Assembly: GCA_963735455.1 (NCBI GenBank)
Contig: CAVTKZ010000004.1
Coordinates: 43,587 to 107,586, forward strand
Length of the DNA stretch: 64,000 bases
DNA from: an uncultured Chloroflexia bacterium
Lineage (GTDB): Bacteria > Chloroflexota > Limnocylindria > Limnocylindrales > CSP1-4
Reading direction: 5' to 3'
Of the stretch, positions 39,339-50,146 are shown piece by piece (the stretch's first letter is position 1; each line of letters opens with the position of its first letter). Made by a program: the position numbers and the translations under genes. Below the pieces are notes generated by a model. It did not search any database and was not told the origin of the DNA. It saw only the letters and a list, made by a program, of their open reading frames with translations.

Positions 39339-39518
39339 CGCTGCCTCATGGCTTGATGGTACGTGGCCGGCGCACGCCGTTCCGGCGGATATCCCACTCA
39401 CGTATCGGCGTCGCCCCGTCGCGATTCGGCCACGGAGTTGTCATCGAATCGTCATTCCCCCGTCATCTCCAGCGGCGAAGGTGAGCGGCGTACAGCCTCC
39501 GTAGCGAGAGATGCCAGG

Positions 39519-39794
39519 ATGCGTCGTTTCAACCTGTCCAGCCGTCGATGGCTGCTGCCACTCGCAGTGATCGCGGCGGTCGGTGCCGCCGCCTGCACGA
39601 CCCCCGCGGGGGCGACGTCCGCCCCGGCGAACAGTCCAGCACCCAGCGGCATGATGGAGGAGAGCCCGAGCCCGGCCGCGAGCGGGATGATGGAGGAGAG
39701 CCCGAGCCCAGCCGCGAGCGGGATGATGGAGGAGAGCCCGAGCCCAGCCGCGAGCGGGATGATGGAGGAGAGCCCCTCGCCGTCGGCGCCATAG
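39519..39794 (+). CDS. Met-rich tandem-repeat lipoprotein
   Basis: Signal peptide and lipobox (AAVGAAAC|T), followed by four SGMMEESPSP[AS]A units. Its stop lies 1 nt before the DsbD-Trx gene. Confidence 0.6.
   Translation: MRRFNLSSRRWLLPLAVIAAVGAAACTTPAGATSAPANSPAPSGMMEESPSPAASGMMEESPSPAASGMMEESPSPAASGMMEESPSPSAP
39645..39788 (+). repeat. 36-bp coding tandem repeat x4
   Basis: AGCGG[CG]ATGATGGAGGAGAGCCCGAGCCC[GA]GCCGCG is repeated head to tail. It encodes the SGMMEESPSPAA units. Confidence 0.9.
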
Positions 39795-39795
39795 G

Positions 39796-41127
39796 ATGGT
39801 CGTCATCCTCGGGTTCGCGTTCGTCGCCGGGATCCTCACGATCCTGGCTCCGTGCACCCTGCCTGTCGTCCCGTTGATCCTGGGCGCGGCCGCCGCGGAC
39901 GGCCGCCGGCGGCTGGCCGGCCTGCTCCTCGGGTTCGGGCTCACGTTCGTCAGCGTCACGGTGCTGCTGGCATCGGTCCTCGCGGCCGTCGGGCTGACCA
40001 CCGCCACCCTCCGGCCGGCGGCCGCGATCGTCCTCGGCGCGGTCGGGCTGGGCTTGGCGTTGCCTCGCATCGGTCGGTGGCTTGAGCGTGCGGCGACGCC
40101 ATTGGCGGACCTCGGGTCTCGCCTCGCCGGAAGATCACCAGGCAGCGGCCTCGCCGGCGGCCTGGTCCTGGGCGGCGCGATCGGCCTGATCTGGGCACCG
40201 TGCGTCGGGCCGATCATGGCGGCGGTGATCGCCGTCGCCGCCAGTCGCGGACCGACGCTCGAGACGGTCGCGATCGCGCTCGTGTACGTCGCGGGTGCCG
40301 CGGTCCCGCTGGGGCTGATCGCCGGCTGGGGGCAGCGCGCCACACGCCGGCTGGGAGCGATCTCGAGGGGCGGTCGAGTCCAGCGCTCGTTCGGGGTCGC
40401 GATGCTCCTCAGTGCGCTGCTCGTCGTGAGCGGCCTCGACTTGACCGTCGAGAACGGCGTGGTCGGCTTCCTGCCGGCGGACTGGACGGGCGCCCTTACC
40501 TCGGTCGAGGACCAGCCGGCCGTCCAGGACGGTCTCGCAGCCATGGAGGAACGAGCGGTGAACCAACCTGCGAACCCTGGCGCCGGACCTTCGGCCGGGG
40601 CGCCAGGCGGCGCCCAGGGCGGGCTGCCTGCGCCCCTGCCTGCGCCCCTGGCCGGCTCGCTGCCGGCCAACGTGACCCTCGAGGACCGGGGCCCGGCGCC
40701 CGACTTCAAGGGGATCACGGCCTGGATCAACTCGCCCGGCCTGACGATGTCCGCCTTGCGCGGCAAGGTAGTACTGGTCGAGTTCTGGACCTTCGCCTGC
40801 ATCAACTGCCAGCACGTCCAGCCGTATGTCACGGCCTGGTCCGATCGCTACGGCCCGGCCGGGCTGGTCGTGGTCGGGGTCCACACGCCGGAGCTTTCGT
40901 TCGAGCGTGACCTGGGCAATGTCCGGCAGGCCGTCGCGCAGGCCGGGCTGCACTATCCGGTCGCATTCGATCCCAGCTTTGCGACCTGGAATGCCTACGC
41001 CAACAACTTCTGGCCGGCGTTCTACTTCATCGACAAGGACGGCCAGATCCGCCACACCCACTTCGGCGAGGGCGACTACGCCGGGTCGGAGCAGGTGATC
41101 CGCCAGCTGTTGGCCGCGCCGGGGTGA
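39796..41127 (+). CDS. cytochrome c biogenesis CcdA/DsbD-type membrane domain fused to a thioredoxin-like (redoxin) domain
   Basis: N-terminal TM domain with APCTLP and WAPCVGP Cys motifs. C-terminal domain FWTFACINCQ (CxxC) with a thioredoxin-fold pattern (VVGVHTPE, WPAFYFIDKDG). Confidence 0.85.
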   Translation: MVVILGFAFVAGILTILAPCTLPVVPLILGAAAADGRRRLAGLLLGFGLTFVSVTVLLASVLAAVGLTTATLRPAAAIVLGAVGLGLALPRIGRWLERAATPLADLGSRLAGRSPGSGLAGGLVLGGAIGLIWAPCVGPIMAAVIAVAASRGPTLETVAIALVYVAGAAVPLGLIAGWGQRATRRLGAISRGGRVQRSFGVAMLLSALLVVSGLDLTVENGVVGFLPADWTGALTSVEDQPAVQDGLAAMEERAVNQPANPGAGPSAGAPGGAQGGLPAPLPAPLAGSLPANVTLEDRGPAPDFKGITAWINSPGLTMSALRGKVVLVEFWTFACINCQHVQPYVTAWSDRYGPAGLVVVGVHTPELSFERDLGNVRQAVAQAGLHYPVAFDPSFATWNAYANNFWPAFYFIDKDGQIRHTHFGEGDYAGSEQVIRQLLAAPG

Positions 41128-41386
41128 CCGACGCCGCCGGTCAAGAGTGGGCTGGGGCGAGCATGGCACGGGGCGACCCTGCGACGTCGCCACCAGCGAA
41201 CAGAACGAGGGAATCGACGGCATCGTGAGCCCCGAAGAGGGTCAACTCGCCTGGCCTTGGGCTTTTTGTTCGCGTCCGGCGGACGTTTCGTCGGTCTGAT
41301 CGGGACCCGCACCCCTCGGGGTCCTCTTGGCCCCCGTTTGTTCTCCTGGGGCGAACGCGCGCAGAGGAGGCGCACCAAACCTCGAG

Positions 41387-44300
41387 TCAGGTCGGGGCAG
41401 GGCTCTCGATCGAGGAGGACCCCGCGGTCGAGGCTCGCGGTGATCGAGCGAGGGCGGAGCCGGCGCTCGCGCCCGCCACGGCGTCGTCGAGGAGCTTGAG
41501 CAGCGCGACGGCCCCGATCCGGATGAAGATCTCGCGGGCCTCGTCAATCGCGGCCAGGGTGCCGGTGTCTGGAGGCTGGATCAGCGTGGCCCGAACGATG
41601 GCTGCGATGCCGAGGTCAAGCGTGTAGCCGATCCGGCGGTTGATCGCGGCCGAGCTCGTGAACAGGAGCGCCGCCTCGGCCGGCTGGCCCTCCATCGCGA
41701 GCCTGCAGGCGTCGAGCTCGGAGAGCAGGGAATCCAGGCGCAGCGAAGGCCCCATGCCCTCCGAGACCAGCCTGATCGCGGTTCGGATCCCGTCGATATC
41801 GCCGAGGAGCGCCGCGGCTCGGGCGGCGAGCCCGCCACTGTCGTCGATCGTTTCCCACGAAGCGGCCGCAGCCGCGATGGCGCCGGCGTAGGCATCGGCG
41901 TGGCGGCCTTCGCAGAACGCTAGCCAGGCGGGGGCCATGTCGGCAACGTAGGACACGGTCGTGGGATTCGAGCTGCCGGCGGTGGTTCGAATGGCCTCGG
42001 CGTAGGCGGCCCGGGTTCCGTCGAAGTCACCCCTGGCCGCCAGGATCTGGCCGCGCATGATCTCGTAGCCGGCGATCATGTCGTCCGGAGGGTCTCGCGG
42101 CTCGACGGCATCGATGTTGGCCAGCGCGCCGTCCCACTCGCCAAGGCCGAACTTCACGACGACCAGGAACCGGGAGAGGGCAAACTCCCAACCACCTTCG
42201 CCGAACCGACGGGCCAGGGCGATCCCGTCCTCGAGCAGCTGGCGGGCCTCGGTCGGATCGTCGGCGGCCACGAACCCGGCCAGGTTGTTGCGGGCGCGCA
42301 GGTTGGTCCCGGTCAACCCGCGCCGTTCGGCCAGGTCCAGGGCGCCGCGCAGCAGCGCCACCGCCTCGTACCAGCGATTGTCGTTGGCGAGGCAGGTCGA
42401 TTTCGAGATCAGGGCATTGGCGATCACGATCGCATCCCGGGCCCGGCCGGCGTATTCGAGGGCAGCATCGGCCGCTTCACGACCGGGCCCAGGCTCGCCG
42501 TGGAGCGAATACGCCCGGGCCAGCTCGGCGTGGAGCGCCCCAAGCTCGCGGTCCCCGACGTGCTCGCGGACCTCGTCGATCGCCTTCGTCAGGAGGGCGA
42601 TCGCAGGTTCGTTGAACGTCCCGTTGACCAGGATCCGTGAGCGCCCGACCAGCGCGTCGGCCAGCATCGACCAGGCGTTGTTCGCCCGCGCCCACGACTC
42701 GACATCGACGAAATACGCGGCGGCCGCATCGAACTGGGCGGCAGCTTCGGAGCTCCCGGCCGCGGCGAGGCGGAGCCCTGCCTGGTCGGCCTCGTCGGGC
42801 GTCACCTTGATCGCCTGGTCGAGGAAGCTGACGGCCTGGGCCTGGGACCCGAGCGCGATCGCCCGGTCAGCGGCGCTCCGGAGCGCGATCCGGGCCTGGC
42901 CGGCGAGCGCGTCGGCCTCCGGGCCCTCGGGCGCGTTCTGATGGGCGGCGAGGTAGTGGCCGGCAAGGGCTCCGGCGAGCTCGTCCGATCCGAGCGACTC
43001 GAAGTAGCGGGCCGCGGCCAGGTGGCGCGTCTTGCGATCGCGCTTGGCCAGCATCCCGTAGGCGACCTCGCGGATCAGGGCCTGGACGAAGGCATATTGC
43101 CCGCGCTCGGGCGAGCGTGGATCGCTGCCGACGGTGAGCAGCTCGCGCTTGACCAGGGCCTGCATCCGGGGCTTGATCGCGGTCTCGTCCTGGCCGCTGA
43201 CGGCGGCGAGGCCCGAAGGGGTGAAGCTCTGGCCGAGGACCGCCGCGTCGAGGATCAGGGCACGGTCTTCCGGCGGGAGGCCATCGAGCCGGGCGGCGAT
43301 CAGGGCGGTCAGCGTCTCGGGCACGGCGAGGGAGGTCAGGTCGCCGACCGGGACGTAGACGTCATCCTTGAGCGCCAGCTTGCCCTCGGCCAGGAGCATC
43401 CGGATCGTCTCGACCGCGTAGAGCGGGATCCCGTCGGCCCGGGCGATGATCGCCTTGACCGCGGCCTCGGGCAGGCCCGGGCACCAGGCCGGCGAGCATC
43501 TCGCGCATCGCGGCCTCGGGCAGCGGCTCGAGGTAGATCGAGGTGAAGTTGCGCTTGCCCGCGCCCCAGTCGGTCCGCCGCTCGAGGAGCTCCGGCCGGG
43601 CGAGGGTGACCACGTAGATCGGGTAGGCCCGCGACCACTCGAGGATGTGGTCGACGAAGTCGATCAGGCCCGAGTCCGCGTTGTGGAAGTCCTCGAAGAC
43701 CAGGACCACCGGCGCCGTCGCCGCGAGGCGCTCGAAGAACGTCCGCCAGGCGCCGACGAGCTGCTCCGGCGCGACGCCGGTCTCGACGCCGAGCAGGGCG
43801 AGGAGGGCCGGCTCGATCCAGCTCCGTTCCTGCTCGTCCTTGACGACCTCGCGGACCTTCGCGGCGACCTTTTCGCGGGTCGTGGCCTCGTCGTCGGTCT
43901 CGCGCAGGCCGCAGCGGGCGCGGATCATCTCGCCAAGGGCCCAGAAGCTGATTCCGTCGCCGTACGCCGGGCTGCGGCCCTCGTGCCACCAGAGCAGGTC
44001 GGCCAGGCCGTCGACGTACTTCAGGAACTCCCAGGCGAGCCGGGTCTTGCCGAAGCCGGCCGGGCCGATCACCGAGATCAGGCGGGCGCGGCCCTCGCGG
44101 GTCGTGGCGTGATACAGGTCTTTGAGCAGGCGCATCTCCTCGTCGCGGCCGACGAACGGGGCCTCGAGCGTGTCGCGCTTGTTGCGGCCGCCGACCTCGG
44201 CGACGACCCGCAGCGCGCGCCAGGCCTCGACCGGCGCCTGCTTGCCCTTGAGGTGCTGCTCGCCGGCCTTCTCGAAGGCGATCGCCTTGCTCGCGGCGCG

Positions 44301-44975
44301 TTGGGTTGCCTCGCCGACGAGGACCGTGCCCGGCTGGGCGACGCTCTGGAGGCGGCTCGCCGTGTTGACGAGGTCGCCGGCGACCATGCCCTGGTTCGTG
44401 GCGCCGAGCGTGACGGCGGCCTCGCCAGTGAGGACGCCGGCCCGGGCCTGGATCTGCGGGCCCAGGGTCTGGACCGCGTCGACGAGCTCGAGGCCCGCCC
44501 GGACCGCGCGCTCGGCGTCGTCCTCGCGGGCGACCGGGGCGCCCCAGACCGCCATCACGGCATCGCCGATGAACTTCTCGACGGTGCCCCCGTACCGGCC
44601 GATCACCTCGCGGGCGAGCTCGAAGTAGCGGTTCAGGAGCTCGCGGGTGTCCTCGGCGTCGTGGCCCTCGGCGATCGTGGTGAACCCGACGAGGTCGGCG
44701 AACAGAACGCTAACGAGGCGCCGTTCGGCGACGGGGGCCCGGGCGGTGTCGTCCAGGCTCATTGCGGCCGCTTCGACGGCGGCGGCCGAGGCGGTGCCGG
44801 TGGTCAGCGGCGAGGCGCACTCACCGCAGAAGAGGTCACCGGGGTCGTAGGCGGCGCCGCAATTCGGGCAGGCAAGCCCGAGAGGCGACGCGCAGCGAGC
44901 ACAGAACTTGCGCCCGGGCTTGTTCTCGGTTCCGCAGTTCGGGCAGATCACGCACGGAGCGTAGCCGAATCCCAT
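41387..44975 (-). CDS. double zinc-ribbon / class III cyclase / STAND AAA ATPase / TPR-like protein (paralog 2), split by a 1-nt insertion in the CCC run 43476-43478 (fragments 43362..45041 and 41387..43399)
   Basis: Zinc ribbons: CPNCGTENKPGRKFCARC...CPNCGAAYDPGDLFCGEC. Cyclase core: RRLVSVLFADLVGFT...GGTVEKFIGDAVMAVWGAP. P-loop: GPAGFGKTRL. Removing one base restores LVPGLPEAAVKAIIARADGIPLYAVETIRMLLAEGKL. Confidence 0.85.
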
Positions 44976-45180
44976 GGCTTGTGACCACTGCTGCCACGTG
45001 GCTGGGCGGCAGCTCCTGATGCGTCCGTACCGGAACATCATCGGCGCTGCCTTCCACTAGGACCTTGACGTCGCCCGGTCCCGATTGGCAATTGTTCGAT
45101 CGAGTGCACGATGTACCCTACGGGTGCCCATCGGGCTGGGCCATCGCCGCTTGTCAGGTTTGCAACTGGGGGGACCACCC

Positions 45181-46046
45181 GTGGTAGACAACCCACCGTT
45201 CGATGAGGAGTGTTTTTTCGTCGCCCCGATCGGCGCCGAAGGCAGTGAAGAACGCAATCGGTCCGACGGCGTCCTCGAATTCATCATCGAGCCAGCGGCA
45301 GCCGAACTTGGCCTCCGCGCACTGAGGGCAGATCGCACCGCGAAACCTGGGCAGATCACGCTGGAAGTGATGATCATCTTCTGTCTGCTAAGGCGGCCGT
45401 GGCGGACCTGACCGGCCAGAACGCCAACGTCTACTACGAGTTGGCGGTTCGGCACACAGCCCGACTACCGATTGTCCTGATTGCGGAGGATGGGGAAAAG
45501 CTGCCCTTCGATATCGTGCAAATGAGGACCGTGTTTTTCAGGCACAACGACCTAAGAAGCGCGGCCGCCTGCAGAAGAGAGCTTGTCGCTCAGCTTGGGC
45601 AAGCCCTACAGGGGAATTTCAATTCCCCGATCGCTACTGCGGTCGATGTCAAGAGCCTGAAGTCCGGCAATACCGTTGAGAGGACGGTCGTCGAACTCGT
45701 AGGTATCGTCGACGCATTGGGCGCCGAACTTCGAGAGACACACCTGGATTTTCGGCGTCTCGCGGCGGACCTCCAAGACAGGAGTGAATCCGCCGACGCG
45801 GCGGAATTCGCTTTACGGTCATTGCTCTTGATGGACGAATTAGCGGCACGCCGAGACGACAAGGAGCTCCAGGAGCTTGTCCGGCGAGCACGCGCACCCA
45901 TGGAGCACTTGGCTCGAACCCGTAGGCATCAGCGTGCCCGCGAGAGCGGCTCCGTCGAACGCGAAGATGGTCGACCTGAGTCGACCCCACTCAGGGTGAC
46001 TCTGGGCAAGCCCCCTGCAACCGGACCGTCGCGTCCCGGTCTCTAG
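45181..46046 (+). CDS. TIR-like / nucleoside 2-deoxyribosyltransferase-like Rossmannoid domain protein with a helical C-terminal half; 1-nt deletion near 45368-45375 (track fragments 45085..45411 and 45399..46046)
   Basis: Motifs: CFFVAPIGAEGSEE...VLEFII.PA....G...LRAD....PGQI, then (after frame repair) DHLLSAKAAVADLTGQNANVYYELAVRH..LPIVLIAEDGEKLPFDI. The pattern is that of NDT/TIR-like defence domains. GTG 45181 is proposed as the start. Confidence 0.5.
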
Positions 46047-46130
46047 TTGGACCGGGCATGCGGGTGCTGATGCTGCCGTTCCGCGACACCGCGTCGTGGT
46101 GGGGGTCCGCGAAGCGGATGATCGGGTTCT

Positions 46131-49100
46131 GTGCCTGATGAGGTCTCACGAGTGACCGAGAGGCTGGACGCGGGCATCTACGAGGCCCTTGTAACTCGAG
46201 AACTGAGATCTCGGATCGAGCTGGCTCGCAAAGCCGGCAAGATCGTCGATCTCAAAGCGATTGATGAACAGGCCCTTGTACGAGTCCTAGCCAGGCACCT
46301 CTATGATCGAGCGCTCGACCGGATCTCTCAAATCCCGGCATCGACGCCAGCCCGGCGAGAAGTCCAGATCGCTCTCGCGAATCGGCTCCTTCGCGAGCTC
46401 AACGACTCAGCCGACGACGAACTTGGGCCTGAGCCCGACTTTCTTCTAGAAGTCGCCGATCCGCGTCCTTCGGGCAGCAATGAGCCGACGCAACGCCCCG
46501 GGATCTCACTGCGCGAAAGTGTTCTCCTGACCAACGGGCATCGCGAGCTCCAGATTGGCACCCAGGTAGCTCTCGAAATTGCCAGCGCAGATCGGGTCGA
46601 CCTTCTATGTGCGTTTGTCCGATTCGCCGGCATTAGGCTCATTCGGAAGGAATTGGCAGAATTCCTTGTCCGCGGCGGGCAGATGCGCGTAATCGCCAGC
46701 GTCTATACAGGTTCGACCGAGAAACGGGCGCTCGACGACCTTGTCGGCCTGGGCGCCAGGGTCAAAGTTTCCTATGAGACCTCGAGGACACGACTGCACG
46801 CCAAGGCCTGGCTGTTCGGGCGCAATTCCGGGTATCAGACGGCATATGTCGGGTCGTCGAATCTCACCGCCTCCGCGCTTCTTGACGGTCTCGAGTGGAA
46901 TGTTCGAGCGACGTCTGTAGACAACCCCACGATCATCGAGCGGATCGACGCGACCTTCGAGCAGTATTGGAACGAGCCGGAGTTCGAGTCCTACGACCCG
47001 CGTGTCGATGGCGAACGGCTCCAGGCTGCGCTCGACGCCGAGAATGGGCCTGCGACGCTCCAAGCCCCGTTCCGGCTGTCAGTCGATTTGGCGCCGAAAC
47101 CATTCCAGGTCGAGATCCTTGAAGCGTTGAGCGCCGAACGTGACCGTGGTCACTTCCGGAACCTTGTCGTGGCGCCGACAGGAACTGGGAAGACATGGAT
47201 CTCCGCGTTCGACTTCCAAAGGCTCCGAGCCCAGGGCTATGAGCGGCTCCTCTTCGTTGCCCATCGAAACGAGATCCTCCAGCAAAGTCAGGAGGTGTTC
47301 CGCGCGGTCCTGCACGAGCCCGACTTTGGCGAACGATTCGTCGCGTCCGAACGACCGAAGCACTGGGATCACGTCTTCGCCTCGATTCAATCGTCGAGTC
47401 GAGCCGTCGACGAGCTGGATCCCACCGCGGTTCGATGTGGTGATCATCGACGAGTTCCACCACGCCGAGGCGGACACGTACCGGCGTCTCCTCGAACGCC
47501 TCAAACCGCGCGTTCTGCTGGGCCTCACGGCGACGCCCGAGCGATCAGATGGGCGCGAAATCCTGCACTGGTTCGATGACCGAATCGCCTCGGAAATGCG
47601 GCTCTGGGAGGCTCTGGAGGACGGCCTGCTCTGCCCATTCCACTACCTCGGTGTCGGCGACGGCACGGACCTCCGTGGCGTTGGATTTGAGCGGGGACGC
47701 TATGTCGCGGCCGAGCTGGAAGGCATCCTGACCGGAGACCATATTCGGGCTACCCGGATCATCGACTCGGTCCGTGAATGGGTGGTCGACCCATCCAAGA
47801 TGCGAGCGCTAGGGTTCTGCGTCGGCATCAGCCATGCCCGTTTCATGGCGCAGCAGTTCACCGCGGCCGGCATGCCATCTGTTGCGCTCGACGGGAGCTC
47901 AGATGCCTCCGTCCGGGCAGAGACCGTGCGTCAGCTTCGCCGAGGCGAGATCCGAGCGATTTTCACGGTCGACATCTTCAACGAAGGGATCGACATTCCT
48001 GAAGTCGACACAATCCTGCTCCTGCGTCCAACTGAGAGCGCGACGGTCTTTCTCCAGCAGCTCGGCCGCGGTCTCCGTTGGTCCGAAGGCAAGAGCGTTC
48101 TGACCGTTCTCGATTTCATCGGCCAGGCTCACGCTGAGTACCGCTTCGATACGAAGTTCCGAGCCTTGCTCGGCGGAACGAAGAGGCAGGTCGAGGGGGC
48201 CCTGGATGGCGGGATGCCGCTCATGCCTCCCGGTTGTGCGATCCGGCTTGATGAAATCGCCCAGAAGATCGTTCTCGACAACCTGCGCCAGAGCATCAAG
48301 ACCACGCGGCGGGCAATAGTCGAAGACCTTCGCGGAATGCCGGCGGCGACGACCCTGCCCGAGTTCCTGGCTGCGAGTTCGTTCGACCTACTCGACGTCT
48401 ACAGCAACCCCTCGGTCGGGACGACGTTCACGGCGGCACGGCGCCTGGCGCGTCGGATTACTGATGCCCCGAGTGCAACCGAGGAGATGTACGCCAAGGC
48501 CCTCGGAAAGATGCTCCACATCGACGACGAGGAGCGCTATGCGCATTGGCGCACCTGGCTCGGCAATGAGGAGCCGCCTGGGACTGCTGTCTCCGGTTCT
48601 CGGACGGAGCGACTTCAGTGGATGCTCTTTGCCGCTCTCGGTCAGCGCCAGCGTCCGCTGACGCAGCTCAGGGCCGTGTTTGAGGAGCTTTGGGCCGCGC
48701 CGAGGATGAAGGAAGAGCTGATCGATCTCCTCGATGTCCTTCGAGAGAGGACTCGGCTATACACGCGGCCGCTCGATCGGGCCGGGGACATTCCACTTCA
48801 CAGCCACGCGACCTACAACCTCTACGAAATAATGGCGGCCTACGGCCTCGTAGGCGGAGAGTCGCTCCGCGAAAACCGTGAGGGCGTCGTGTGGTCCGAA
48901 GCTCATCGGACCGACATATTGTTGGTCACCCTCAACAAGTCGGAATCCGACTACTCGGCGACGACTCGGTATGAGGACTACCCGATCTCGCAGACCAGAT
49001 TCCACTGGGAATCCCAGTCGCGGACTGCCAGCGCATCGCCGACCGGGCAGCGCTACATCAACCACGTGGCTCGTGGATCTCAAGTCGTCCTCTTCATCCG

Positions 49101-49263
49101 GGAAAATCGTCGCGACGAACGGGATGTGACCACCCCATATTTGTGTCTCGGGTATGCCCGGCATGTGGGTCATAAGTCAGATCGACCAATGCAGGTCGAC
49201 TGGGAGCTCGAACGCCCCATGCCCGTCGAGATCTTCGAGCATGCCAAAGTGGCCGCGGGCTAG
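46131..49263 (+). CDS. PLD-family nuclease / SF2 (ResIII-type) helicase / DUF3427-type C-terminal domain protein, with a 1-nt insertion near 47421-47430 (track fragments 46131..47579 and 47140..49263)
   Basis: PLD motifs: RLHAKAWLF...GSSNLT. Helicase motifs: APTGTGKT, IIDEFHHA, LTATPER, QQLGRGLR. The C-terminal FHWESQS...VVLFIRE...YLCLGYA pattern matches what I recall of DUF3427. Confidence 0.85.
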
Positions 49264-49318
49264 GCGGCTTGAACGGGCATCCGGGGCGCTATGGGGATCC
49301 TCGCGGCATCGTGGCAGG

Positions 49319-50092
49319 TCAAGCGGGGGAGGTCAGGAGCTCAACCGCCAGGCCTGGATCGCCGCCGAGGTCTCGCTTGCCGCGGCAACCATTCGTGACA
49401 CATCGAAACCACCAACCACGCTCGGAGTGGCCAAGCGTCATAGGTGACTGACAGATCGGGCACGGCTCAACTCTCCGGGCCTTCTCGACCCGAGCGAGCA
49501 GATCGGCATTGTCGATCAGCGACAGACCGACCTGTTTGGCCTCCTCCCGGGCTTGTGGCGTGAAGTCCGACAGGGTCACGAAGATCCCATCAGGTCCCGC
49601 CAGCCCCTCGCGCATCAGGGTGCCCGCGAATGCGCGGACCTCCTCTACGCCGACGAGCCATGACTGCCACCGCTTGCACTGAACAATGATCCGTCGACCA
49701 AGCTGGGTGAGCGCGAGGTCGATGTTCCCGTCGGGACCGTCCTGGCGTCCAGTCTCCTCCACCGTCCAGCCTTCGCGCCGGAACACCTCGCCGACAAGCC
49801 ACTCGAACTCCTCGGCGGTCAGCAAACGAAGATTCGATGTCCATTCGACAAGGTGGCGACGGTTCGCCGCCCGGATTCGCTCGCCAAGCCAACCGAGGAT
49901 CAAGCCGGCCGCAATGGAGGTCCCGACGAGGTTCGCTGAGATCAGCCAGGGATCAGACCACTGAAGGCCCACGGGCAAGATCAGACCGATGCCGACATAC
50001 GAGATGGCCGCGACGATCCCGATCGATCGCCCCGACGCCCGAGTCACGACGCTCATCAAGGCCCGATCGAAAAGAGCGTCGAGTCTGCCCAT
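49319..50092 (-). CDS. membrane-anchored Mrr-like restriction endonuclease with a C-terminal zinc ribbon
   Basis: Two N-terminal TM helices. Mrr_cat-like core: EFEWLVGEVFRREGW...DGNIDL...IIVQCKRW. C-terminal zinc ribbon: CPICQSPM...FRCVTNGC. Confidence 0.8.
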   Translation of the reverse strand: MGRLDALFDRALMSVVTRASGRSIGIVAAISYVGIGLILPVGLQWSDPWLISANLVGTSIAAGLILGWLGERIRAANRRHLVEWTSNLRLLTAEEFEWLVGEVFRREGWTVEETGRQDGPDGNIDLALTQLGRRIIVQCKRWQSWLVGVEEVRAFAGTLMREGLAGPDGIFVTLSDFTPQAREEAKQVGLSLIDNADLLARVEKARRVEPCPICQSPMTLGHSERGWWFRCVTNGCRGKRDLGGDPGLAVELLTSPA

Positions 50093-50146
50093 CCGTCCGA
50101 TTGTGGCAGGAACAAGGCACAGTACCCAGCGGGTACGATCTCGGCG

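Noticed and set aside
36738-39356. 872-aa ORF on the + strand. Similar long antisense or alternate-frame ORFs occur at 43446..44984 (+), 26488..27711 (-), 12964..14454 (-), 10405..11361 (-), 17619..18932 (-), 30823..32085 (-), 24570..25541 (-) and 62752..63702 (-).
   Set aside because: All of them lie opposite to, or out of frame with, genes that have clear family motifs. Their translations are Arg/Gly/Pro/Asp-rich with no recognisable domains. Long stop-free shadow frames are expected at roughly 70% G+C.
39645-39788. Regular 36-bp repeats that might suggest a CRISPR array.
   Set aside because: The repeats are directly abutting with no spacers. They sit in frame inside a lipoprotein ORF and encode a 12-aa peptide repeat. 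No cas genes are present anywhere in the window.
41128-41386. 260-bp gap between the convergent DsbD-Trx and cyclase genes, with several short GC hairpins. Considered as terminators or an sRNA.
   Set aside because: The stems are short (5-6 bp), have no U-tracts and show no repeat architecture. They are not distinguishable from chance in GC-rich DNA.
45042-45180. Looked for an integrase, a tRNA or att-type direct repeats at the island borders, in order to call the island a prophage, ICE or genomic-island insertion.
   Set aside because: No mobility gene was found. By eye, no shared segment of 10 nt or more links the left border to the right border (54316-54665). The region is therefore left as a compositional island and not annotated as a mobile element.
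46131-49263. Assigning the PLD-helicase to Mokosh type II.
   Set aside because: Mokosh combines an SF1 (COG1112-type) helicase with a C-terminal PLD domain. Here the PLD is N-terminal, the helicase is the SF2 ResIII/DExH type, and an extra DUF3427-type domain is present.
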